Below are positions 19,746-28,038 of a stretch of 64,000 nucleotides of DNA, one piece after another; position 1 is the first letter of the stretch; the number at the start of each line of letters is the position of its first letter. The notes under the pieces are model-generated. The model saw only the letters and a list, made by a program, of their open reading frames with translations. It was not told where the DNA came from and searched no databases. Source of the DNA: an uncultured virus (IMG/VR IMGVR_UViG_3300002138_000152) (lineage: Duplodnaviria; Heunggongvirae; Uroviricota; Caudoviricetes); IMG/VR virus record IMGVR_UViG_3300002138_000152, one strand, 5' to 3'. The position numbers and the translations under genes are program-made.

Positions 19746-20273
19746 ATGAGAACATCAACAGAATGGTGGGCTGAAACAAAAGCCGATCCAGAAAAAATTA
19801 TAAATTGGTTGAAGAACCAATACCACGGAGAAGCTGTTGCTTCTGAGCGTATTCGTAAATTTATTCTTCCAACAATGGATGGAAAATATCAATTTATGGT
19901 TGAACGTATTGCAGATGATGAGGAAAAACATGCATCATGGGTAGGCGAATTGCTTGCTACACGTGGAATTACACCAGCAATTCTACAGAAAGAAGAACGT
20001 TATTGGAAAGAAGTAATTACAGAGGATTTTACATCTGATGGTAATTATGCTGCGGCTGTTGCTGCACATGCTGAAGAAATGCGATTAGAACGCATCACAG
20101 TTATCATGAATGACGAAGAAGCTCCCGCTGATATAAAAAAATGTTTTACAAACATCTATAAAGATGAATTGTTTCATGCAAAAGGATTCAAATTAATTGC
20201 TGGTGATACATATTACAATCAAGCATCAGCACAACATGCCAAAGGCTTAGAAGCTTTGGGTCTTATAGTATAA
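19746..20273 (+). CDS. ferritin-like di-iron protein
   Basis: GEAVA..DEEKH and AEEMR..DELFH paired E/ExxH motifs. Confidence 0.8.
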   Translation: MRTSTEWWAETKADPEKIINWLKNQYHGEAVASERIRKFILPTMDGKYQFMVERIADDEEKHASWVGELLATRGITPAILQKEERYWKEVITEDFTSDGNYAAAVAAHAEEMRLERITVIMNDEEAPADIKKCFTNIYKDELFHAKGFKLIAGDTYYNQASAQHAKGLEALGLIV

Positions 20274-20276
20274 GTT

Positions 20277-20906
20277 ATGGAAACTATCAAAATTGATTTA
20301 TCGTTACAAGACAATCAAGTTTATCATAAAAAAACAAATAAGTTATTGCATTTTGAAGAATCTTTCATGTCTATAGATGAAACATTAGCAAGATATTTTC
20401 TAGAGAATACAAAGCTTGATTTAAGTCAATTTAAAAATAATGAAGTCATTCGTTTAGAAGGTCGAAGAATTCATAATAATACAGATGATTGGTTTAATAT
20501 TGCAACAAAAAAAATAGAACACTGGCAAGGTAGTTCTAGTAGTAGACCTAAAATATATGGTATGTCTACATATAGCGGTTCTAATGCTGAACACGCTATT
20601 TTGACAAAAGCTATTTTTGAGTTAAAAAAACAAACAGTGAACATTGCTATTGCTGACAAAAAGTTTTTCGTGGGTTTTTTGTCAGCGAAATATTGCAATC
20701 CTGATGAATTAGTATGCAAAGAATTTGAAGAAGGTCTAATTGAACGTCTTGACGAAGAACAAATTGCTAGTCGTAAACCAGGAAGTGGTTATTTTAACGA
20801 TTTAGGTTATGCATTTAAGTATACCGATAACAAAGAAAATTACACTGATATCAATTATTTGATTGATTTAATCAAAGTAAATAATTGTGAAATTAAAATA
20901 TTTTAA
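20277..20906 (+). CDS. hypothetical protein
   Basis: 209-aa ORF. Confidence 0.65.
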   Translation: METIKIDLSLQDNQVYHKKTNKLLHFEESFMSIDETLARYFLENTKLDLSQFKNNEVIRLEGRRIHNNTDDWFNIATKKIEHWQGSSSSRPKIYGMSTYSGSNAEHAILTKAIFELKKQTVNIAIADKKFFVGFLSAKYCNPDELVCKEFEEGLIERLDEEQIASRKPGSGYFNDLGYAFKYTDNKENYTDINYLIDLIKVNNCEIKIF

Positions 20907-20908
20907 CT

Positions 20909-21304
20909 ATGGAAATCAATTTTAGAAAAATAGAAGAATCACGTGCAGGTAAAGTTTATCTGAATGTTGTATACATGGGCGGTGATGCTGATACATCACA
21001 TCCAGAAGAAATCTTGTTAGATGGTATTACATTTGACAATATCGGTGAGAAGACTGAAGAGATTGCTGCGTTAATTAAACCGTATGTAATTCTGCAAGAC
21101 TTACTGGATGTTAATTCTTCAAGTTATACGGAAAATTATGCTGATGTTCTTGAGGAACATGGTGAAGAAATTGCAAAGTTATTTGACAACGTACCAGGTG
21201 ATCCTACAACAGATTTTCAGTATAACTGTAGTATACGTTATATTGAATTAGTAGGATATGATTCAACTGGTGCAAGACACAAAAGCGCAATTGATCTACG
21301 ATAA
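20909..21304 (+). CDS. hypothetical protein
   Basis: 131-aa ORF, YMGGDAD motif. Confidence 0.65.
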   Translation: MEINFRKIEESRAGKVYLNVVYMGGDADTSHPEEILLDGITFDNIGEKTEEIAALIKPYVILQDLLDVNSSSYTENYADVLEEHGEEIAKLFDNVPGDPTTDFQYNCSIRYIELVGYDSTGARHKSAIDLR

Positions 21305-21588
21305 TGAACTGGAAATTACCACAGTTTGAACAGTTCTATGATATCGAAGAGAAGGTACCAAGTATTTGGTCGACTTGGGAAGAAGCTGGAATTGCATGTG
21401 CTCAAGCGATTGCTTTTACTTGGGATATCAAAGATGCTGAACTTATTCATAGTATTGCTATAATTAGTTATCGTGTACCAGGTTTAAAAATTACAAAACA
21501 TGTTGATCCAATGTTATCATTTGCAATGCTATATCCTGCAGTAATGGTGAAATATGATCGATACGGAAATAAATATAACATTCATTAA
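21304..21588 (+). CDS. hypothetical protein
   Basis: 94-aa ORF. Confidence 0.55.
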   Translation: MNWKLPQFEQFYDIEEKVPSIWSTWEEAGIACAQAIAFTWDIKDAELIHSIAIISYRVPGLKITKHVDPMLSFAMLYPAVMVKYDRYGNKYNIH

Positions 21589-21591
21589 AAT

Positions 21592-21863
21592 GATCAGTGT
21601 AGGAATCGTAGTGGTTAGGCTTAGCCGTTGAAAGAGGTCAGTGACACGATGCAGGACTAATAGGGACTCAAGGTTTAAGTAACGTTGGTGCAAACCAGAT
21701 ACACCGAAGAGAAAACAGAATACCTGTGCTACACAATAAGGTCAGTTGACAGAACCGCATACTAGTTTGGTTTGGGTCAGGATGCAACTTTTAAAGGGAA
21801 CACCGATTCAGTAATGATGATCACCCGATTAAGAAGCCGTCGGTTCGAGTCCGGCACTGATCA
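21592..21863 (+). ncRNA. 272-nt RNA with tRNA-like ends (tmRNA-like topology, non-Ala acceptor)
   Basis: GATCAGT/ACTGATC acceptor, GTCGG-TTCGAGT-CCGGC T-arm, long helix AATCG..GTGGTTA/TGATCAC..CGATT. Confidence 0.7.
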
Positions 21864-21876
21864 CTAATTTTTTACA

Positions 21877-22353
21877 ATGACAAAAGAAATTATTGAAGAA
21901 CAAATAACAGTTATTGACGAGCAGCTTGAAAAATATAAAAATGTCTTAAAAGAGATAGATAATCTTAAAAAATAGAAAACACAACTAAAAAATAAACTTG
22001 AGTTATTAAAACCAATACAAATTGAGGATTCACTTATTGTATCATTAACTGATGTTGAAGATAATAAAATTGATGCATTAATTACAACTGCTATTAATGG
22101 TAAAATTAGAGATTGGGTTAATTATTATTTTGATGCTGATGATTTAGATGCTGATGATGTAATATATACAACACATATGCTTATTGGATCTAGATTATTT
22201 GTAGTTGATATTAATTATGAAACTGAATGGCTTTCTGAATGGTATTCAGTTGATAGTTCTACTGGTAAGTTTATAAGTAAAAAAGAAATTTTTAATTTCA
22301 CGGTTAACTGGAATAATGATGATATGTTTAATGCTACTTATCCACGACAGTAA
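21877..22353 (+). pseudogene. 158-codon frame with a single in-frame TAG (21973-21975)
   Basis: MTKEIIEEQ...NLKK*KTQLKNKLE...ATYPRQ, otherwise open. Confidence 0.65.
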
Positions 22354-22476
22354 TTAAATTTAGATATTATTTATTGTGTATTAAGCAGTTTAAAAATAAA
22401 TCAAAAATATTTTCATAAAATAACGTTTGATTTAAAAATAATGTGTATATTTGTATCACAATCAAACGAGATTGTA

Positions 22477-22551
22477 GATAAGGTAGTTTAAGATAAAACA
22501 TCCATAGAAGCTTTAACGCAGGATTTAAAGGTGCAAGTCCTTTTCTTATTA
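22477..22551 (+). ncRNA. degenerate tRNA-like element with expanded anticodon loop
   Basis: GATAAGG/TCTTATT, GTTT..AAAC D-arm, AAAGG-TGCAAGT-CCTTT; TATATTTG box at 22446. Confidence 0.5.
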
Positions 22552-22657
22552 CATATAAGTTCTTTGAAACTTGACTAGAGACGGCAGAGTAGAGTAATTA
22601 TGTTGGTAATAAGACTTCATAATGAAATGAATTGTCGTTTCTCAGTTCTAAAAAAAT

Positions 22658-22832
22658 GCGTAACTAAAAGACAGGTAGTTAGTAAACTAGATAAAAATTT
22701 TCGAAGCGATCGATAGAAGCACAATATATTCTAGTATGAAAGCAAACAATGGTTGTGTATCCTGCGCCGAAACATTGATGGAGAATTCTAAGTCAATGTG
22801 GAATTAAATGGGTTCGAGTCCCTAGTTACGCT
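22658..22832 (+). ncRNA. 175-nt RNA with tRNA-like acceptor stem and T-arm
   Basis: GCGTAACT/AGTTACGC plus GGG-TTCGAGT-CCC. Confidence 0.6.
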
Positions 22833-22927
22833 CAATTTTGCCGCCAAAAGGAGAACCGTGAGTCTGAGGTGTAAAAACTGTACGACGAGCATACGTCATA
22901 CCTTGCGGCGCCAAAACATTAAAAATA

Positions 22928-23008
22928 TTCTTGTGGTGTAATTAGCACGGTCCACTAAGTGGGAGAAGTTTGGGTAGGCGATTAACGCTATTTAAATCCC
23001 AACAAGAG
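22928..23008 (+). ncRNA. degenerate tRNA-like element
   Basis: TTCTTGT/ACAAGAG, GTGT-AATTA-GCAC, TCCAC-TAA-GTGGG, T-arm with inserted hairpin. Confidence 0.45.
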
Positions 23009-23266
23009 CGGTATTCCAGGTTATCAATCTCCTTATGATTGGTTAGTTATGTCGGCACTAAAAGTTCGATCCTTGTTTAAAGTTTTTTATTGGTTAACAA
23101 AAACTACTTTATCTGTTCAATATGCGTGAACAGACGGTTTTATCTTAAACCGTATGCATAGATCGTTTAGTATATTAGCGTCAAAATATACAGACATACT
23201 AAGATATGTAACATCGTTGTCACTATACGCACTATGTAAATGTGTTTAAAAATGATGACGATAAAT

Positions 23267-23352
23267 GCGGAGGTGGCGAAATTGATTAACGTTTACGGAC
23301 AAGTTTTCGTAGATGAAAAAATTCAATGTTGGTTTGAGTCCAACCCTCTGCA
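23267..23352 (+). tRNA. degenerate Leu-like tRNA, anticodon unassignable
   Basis: GCGGAGG/CCTCTGC, GTTGG-TTTGAGT-CCAAC, long variable region, 8-nt anticodon loop. Confidence 0.55.
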
Positions 23353-23359
23353 CTAAAAT

Positions 23360-23430
23360 ACAGGGTTAGTTTAAAGTTAAAACGCGGATCGTTGGGATCC
23401 GAGATGTTGGTTCAATTCCAATACGCTGTA
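23360..23430 (+). tRNA. atypical tRNA, loop CGTTGGG (Gln TTG or Pro-derived)
   Basis: cloverleaf with CGGAT/ATCCG and GTTGG-TTCAATT-CCAAT; G at position 33, one acceptor mismatch. Confidence 0.55.
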
Positions 23431-23493
23431 CAAATATTATTGATTGAACACCAATAAACGCAATGGTGAGACGGTAGTAATACCGTCTCATAC

Positions 23494-23525
23494 AGGACCG
23501 ATAAAGAAATTTATTGGTCCTTTTG
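23494..23525 (+). terminator. intrinsic terminator closing the tRNA-like cluster
   Basis: AGGACCGATAAA-GAAA-TTTATTGGTCCT then T run. Confidence 0.7.
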
Positions 23526-23578
23526 CATTTTATATCAGTATTTTACCTATATTTGTAAAGTTCAATTAATAAAATAGT

Positions 23579-23851
23579 ATGAAAAATTCAATAAAAACTA
23601 GAAAAATTTCAGCGGGATTTTATGAATGTGAATATAATGGTTTTAAGTTTCAAATATGCATCTATAACCCTGATACAAAACACCAATGGTGGGGTGTGAC
23701 ATTCATAAACAACGACTTAACACCACATTATCCAAATGATGAATCACTAACTAAAAGACAGTGTATTGATGATGCTGTATATATGTGTGATAATCACAAG
23801 CTTTACGGAATAACAAATTATTCTAATTTAAAGAAAGATGAGCAAAAATAA
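23579..23851 (+). CDS. hypothetical protein
   Basis: ORF after TATATTTG (23548). Confidence 0.6.
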   Translation: MKNSIKTRKISAGFYECEYNGFKFQICIYNPDTKHQWWGVTFINNDLTPHYPNDESLTKRQCIDDAVYMCDNHKLYGITNYSNLKKDEQK

Positions 23852-24053
23852 ATTAAAAATAGGCGACTCTGTTGTTATAACAACAGAATTGAATTGCTTA
23901 AACAATTACATGGCAGAATTTGCAGGAATGGAAGCCGTTGTTACTGATGTTATTGATGGAAGTAATTACGGACAGATAGCAACTTTAGATATTGATGGTG
24001 GCGAATGGCGTTGGAGTTTTGAAGATAAATTAGACCAAATAAGCAAAATTTAA
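23838..24053 (+). CDS. small SH3/KOW-like protein
   Basis: LKIGDSVVI..FAGMEAVV. Confidence 0.5.
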   Translation: MSKNKLKIGDSVVITTELNCLNNYMAEFAGMEAVVTDVIDGSNYGQIATLDIDGGEWRWSFEDKLDQISKI

Positions 24054-24166
24054 AAACGATTAATTATGAAAACATCAATGACTAACGAGGAAAAGCAAGA
24101 GTTATTTAACTCTTTAGAAATAGAAGGTGAGTTATTTGATGATAGATTTAATAATTACAAATAATC

Positions 24167-24655
24167 ATGGAAGTAAATTTCAAACCTGAAAAATTTATCA
24201 ATGCAGATCCACCAGAATTAACTGATGGAATGATTGATTGGTTTTATTCAAATCTGTGGTCTTGGCAACGTAATCGCTATGAATTTTGCGATATAAAGAA
24301 AATTGATACAATTAATGTACGATTAAACACATCGTACAATGGTTGGACTATTATATATTTTTACATCTCAATCAATGGTGGTCCTGAATTTTGTGCTGAA
24401 TTTGATAAAACATACTACAGTGATTTTCACGATCGTTGGAAGAAAAACTATGGACGAGCATTCAACCGCGATAAAGAACTTTGTACGCTTATTAATGTCA
24501 ATGGTGTTGACATAGGTGATAATGGGCCAGTAGAACGTGAAGAAAGACGCATTGAACTTGCGGAATTAAAACGAAATGCAAAACAGCATGTTAAGCGATT
24601 ACGTTCAACCTGGGAAAGTTACGTGCGTCTAAAAGCATATTTTAATATTGATTAA
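24167..24655 (+). CDS. hypothetical protein
   Basis: 162-aa ORF. Confidence 0.6.
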   Translation: MEVNFKPEKFINADPPELTDGMIDWFYSNLWSWQRNRYEFCDIKKIDTINVRLNTSYNGWTIIYFYISINGGPEFCAEFDKTYYSDFHDRWKKNYGRAFNRDKELCTLINVNGVDIGDNGPVEREERRIELAELKRNAKQHVKRLRSTWESYVRLKAYFNID

Positions 24656-24657
24656 TA

Positions 24658-25041
24658 ATGTCTATTATTTCTATTACATACGACGAACCAAATACTGACA
24701 CGTACCAAAGTGTTAAAGCATCTTTAAGTTTTAAGGATGATAAACGTGAATTTACTTCAGGTAATTTTATTAAAGATTGGTATAATGCTATTAAGTTTCT
24801 TATACATGAATCAGAAGATGGAGAACCGTGGTCACAATCCTCAAGTGTTGATCATTTTATTATGGATGGTGCACAATTTAAAAGTGCTTATTTATGTAAA
24901 GACAACTTGATTGGTGGATGGCATCTTGTTTATGATTACGATGAAGTATCTTATGGATCAGGTATTGAGTTTTTTGTTGAAAAAAATACTCGTCCAACGT
25001 GGGATGAATTTAAAAATGAAATGGAAAAAATTAATGTATGA
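24658..25041 (+). CDS. hypothetical protein
   Basis: 127-aa ORF. Confidence 0.6.
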   Translation: MSIISITYDEPNTDTYQSVKASLSFKDDKREFTSGNFIKDWYNAIKFLIHESEDGEPWSQSSSVDHFIMDGAQFKSAYLCKDNLIGGWHLVYDYDEVSYGSGIEFFVEKNTRPTWDEFKNEMEKINV

Positions 25042-25214
25042 ATGAATACAGAAAAATAGATCTTGACAAACTTATTTCACAAGCAGGAAAAGTTAAAGTT
25101 ACAATTATTAACGATGAGACAGGAGCAATTTCAGAAACTACATTTACTGATTATGAAACAGCAGTACATGAGATTGAAATTCTTGAAAATGAAAATACAA
25201 TTTACTTTTAAAAG

Positions 25215-25925
25215 ATGAATATTCCAATCACTAAAGAGCAACATGAACGATTTGCTGACGTTCATAAATATGATCTTATTTTTGGATCACGATTATTCGG
25301 TGTACATAGAGAAGATTCAGATTTTGATATAATTTCACTCTATAAATACGAAGATGTTTTCGGACCAAAAATATATTATCATAGTCTTCCAAATATTCAT
25401 TCATTTAAATATGAGGATACAGAAAAAAATGAGGATCGTATTTACATGACTTACGAGCAGTTTTGGAAAGCTTTCTATGATGGTGATGGTACAATGTATG
25501 CAGATATTATCTTGTTTGGTGATTATTTTGCTCTGGATGCACTCAAACTATGTAGAGCATATAAAGTTATTAAAGGTTATTGTGGTACAGCCAAACGCGA
25601 TCTTTTAGCTGCTAAACGTTGCACACCAGAAGAACGAAAAAAGATTTTTCATCGTTCCGCAAAAAATCTTTATATTACTGGTTGTCTTATAGATAATGAA
25701 TATCCAGATATTGAACACATCAGAAATGTTATATTTAAACAAGCAGAAGGTGTCACAACATCAATAGATACACTACTCAAAGTAGAAACATATCTGAGGG
25801 AGGAAGCCAATAAGCTCTTCAATTCACATGAGATTGAAAACTACCACATTCCGACAACTGACGATGAGCTGCTGAACATCATGCTCAGTGGTAACAACCT
25901 CAAAGAATACATCTTCAAGAAATAG
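25215..25925 (+). CDS. Pol-beta-family nucleotidyltransferase, paralog of 15760-16560
   Basis: FGSRLFGVHREDSDFD; YKVIKGYCGTAKRD mirrors YTVLKAYLGMARRD. Confidence 0.8.
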   Translation: MNIPITKEQHERFADVHKYDLIFGSRLFGVHREDSDFDIISLYKYEDVFGPKIYYHSLPNIHSFKYEDTEKNEDRIYMTYEQFWKAFYDGDGTMYADIILFGDYFALDALKLCRAYKVIKGYCGTAKRDLLAAKRCTPEERKKIFHRSAKNLYITGCLIDNEYPDIEHIRNVIFKQAEGVTTSIDTLLKVETYLREEANKLFNSHEIENYHIPTTDDELLNIMLSGNNLKEYIFKK

Positions 25926-25951
25926 AAAAGGACCTCAATTGAGGTCCTTTT
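25926..25951. terminator. bidirectional terminator
   Basis: AAAAGGACCTCAATTGAGGTCCTTTT. Confidence 0.75.
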
Positions 25952-26372
25952 CTTTTTGTGATGAGAACCAAATCTCACCAGTTAATTCATCCATTACATG
26001 TATGCGATCATCATTGTGTGGTGATGGAAAACAATATTCCTTTGTAAAGGAAAGGTTTTTAGAACCAGGAATACAAATCTCACCAGTTGTATCATCGAAC
26101 ACAACATAGTCTTTATAATCAGTAATTAATTCTGAAATTTGTTTCTGTGCTTCTTCCACAGACAATCCATTTGTTGGAATAGTGTAGATTCGATGAATTG
26201 TTGATCCTGGATAATTTACCATCAATCTTGGATCAAACATGGGTTTGAATCTGAATGTTCCATCATCATTCATTGGATAGAATGATGATAGATCAGGATT
26301 TAGAAGCCGATAGATTTCCATTCGAATACATTCAAACGTCAATCTCAATTTGAAGATCAAGTTACTGCGCAT
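25935..26372 (-). CDS. small protein containing a T4 gp20 portal-like segment
   Basis: RIYTIPTNGLSVEEAQKQISELITDYKDYVVFDDTTGEI..KEYCFPS resembles the gp20 RIFYIDVGN..YDASTGEI..EDFWLP block. Confidence 0.55.
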   Translation of the reverse strand: MRSNLIFKLRLTFECIRMEIYRLLNPDLSSFYPMNDDGTFRFKPMFDPRLMVNYPGSTIHRIYTIPTNGLSVEEAQKQISELITDYKDYVVFDDTTGEICIPGSKNLSFTKEYCFPSPHNDDRIHVMDELTGEIWFSSQKEKDLN

Positions 26373-27420
26373 TGAACAAGCGTGATCCTTTTTTCTTCTT
26401 CTTCATGTCGTACTCATGCACTTTAACAATTGCACCATCAAGTGTTTGAAGATTTAATTTGTTAATTGGTTTAATATAAATGTCATTTACTAATTCTGGT
26501 GAATGTGAACCAGTAATATCACTTTTCCAAAAATCAAACTTGAATAAGAACCCAATTAAATATGGATCTTTTTTATTGTCAACTACTGCATACATATCAG
26601 TTTCCTGACGATTTTTTGTAATTTTCAAGTTTGTATCAGAAGTAGATTTCACATCAATGTTGTAATGTTTACCATTCTTGTGAACAACAATATCAATACC
26701 TAAATCATCGCCAGCAACCCAATCCATTGTAACATCTTCTCCATCTTTTAAAAGATTTAAATAGATCATGATTTGTGCATAAAGCCCAGTTGCAATGTTT
26801 TTGATTTTAGTTTTTGTTGAACGTTGCGTTGTATCAGCAAAACGTTTGTGAAATTCTTCAGCGTATTTTTGACAAATATCTTTGATTTCTTTTTTACTAT
26901 AGTGTGGTAAACATGTTACAAATACATCGCTTACCAATTGTTTTTTATTTTTACTGTATTTGTTTGGTAAATCTTTATTCCAAAAGTAAGTTGAGTGTCC
27001 GTTACGTCCACGTGACGCATTGTGGACAAAATCGTGTGCGCTGATCATAGCAAGAAATGCTATATCTTTACTAACATCGTCATAAAAATAAAGTGGACAT
27101 TCAATAAGATCTACAATTTGATGATCTTCTAATCCTGTAAGCCATGTATGATCATTTGAATTAAGTGCACTTTTAACAACATTTAAGTAAGCATTGTTCC
27201 ATGTGATTGTATTCATTGATGAAAATATCGGAAGGATGACACGTACAGGTTTATTGTCAATAGTGATAACAAAAAGCGTTTCACATAAACCGTTGCGGTA
27301 TTCGTTGCTGAATGTCAGCTTGTATCCTTTTGTTAGATCATTTTTATAACATTTTAAAATATTTATAAAATTTTGATCCGCTAGGATTTGATCAACAATT
27401 GATAATTTTGTTGTTGTCAT
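26362..27420 (-). CDS. PD-(D/E)xK nuclease-domain protein
   Basis: GLYAQ..GDDLGIDIV..IDVKST. Confidence 0.55.
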   Translation of the reverse strand: MTTTKLSIVDQILADQNFINILKCYKNDLTKGYKLTFSNEYRNGLCETLFVITIDNKPVRVILPIFSSMNTITWNNAYLNVVKSALNSNDHTWLTGLEDHQIVDLIECPLYFYDDVSKDIAFLAMISAHDFVHNASRGRNGHSTYFWNKDLPNKYSKNKKQLVSDVFVTCLPHYSKKEIKDICQKYAEEFHKRFADTTQRSTKTKIKNIATGLYAQIMIYLNLLKDGEDVTMDWVAGDDLGIDIVVHKNGKHYNIDVKSTSDTNLKITKNRQETDMYAVVDNKKDPYLIGFLFKFDFWKSDITGSHSPELVNDIYIKPINKLNLQTLDGAIVKVHEYDMKKKKKGSRLFNAQ

Positions 27421-27447
27421 TACTATTTATCTCCGTCGACGAAGATT

Positions 27448-27693
27448 TTACATCCGTCTGTTTTTTTCTAATTGTACACGAAATTCCTCTATTTGTTTGG
27501 AATATTCTGTTTGTGTTTTTTCCCAAATTAAAGGAAAAAATGATTCTAAACGCTTTGTTACATTTGCAGCAATAAGTTGGTTCACTTGGTTATATACAAA
27601 TGCATAGATTTCAACTGGTATTGTTGATGAGAAAGATGGATCATGAATATTATCATTCATATATTGACAGAACAAATTATTTACAGCATTCAT
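27448..27693 (-). CDS. hypothetical protein
   Basis: 81-aa ORF. Confidence 0.55.
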   Translation of the reverse strand: MNAVNNLFCQYMNDNIHDPSFSSTIPVEIYAFVYNQVNQLIAANVTKRLESFFPLIWEKTQTEYSKQIEEFRVQLEKNRRM

Positions 27694-28001
27694 TCTTCTG
27701 TGTCTTTATGTTTTGTTGGATTACGTTTTGAATTTTCTTCAGTATTTTCCTCTTCTGTTTGACAAAACAATTTAAACACTTTACCAGTATTTGGGCAAGT
27801 GAACTGTATAAAATTATTATCTGGTGAATTAATTAATTCAAAACTGATTGCATCATTGTTGTTGATGTCCTTGTAAAGAAGAACATCCTCATCATTATCA
27901 AAACGCACATAAACATTATATGTGCCTGATTTTGCACGTTCTTCTTCCTTTTTTTGTTCAGGACTTTTATAATTTCCTATTAGATCATCGAAAAGACTCA
28001 T
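27690..28001 (-). CDS. hypothetical protein
   Basis: 103-aa ORF. Confidence 0.6.
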   Translation of the reverse strand: MSLFDDLIGNYKSPEQKKEEERAKSGTYNVYVRFDNDEDVLLYKDINNNDAISFELINSPDNNFIQFTCPNTGKVFKLFCQTEEENTEENSKRNPTKHKDTEE

Positions 28002-28038
28002 ACCAAAACATTTTCAAATTTATAGAGTCTAAAACTCA

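Noticed and set aside
21592..21863. Canonical tmRNA (ssrA)
   Set aside because: No G3-U70, shorter than typical, and no degron-like tag
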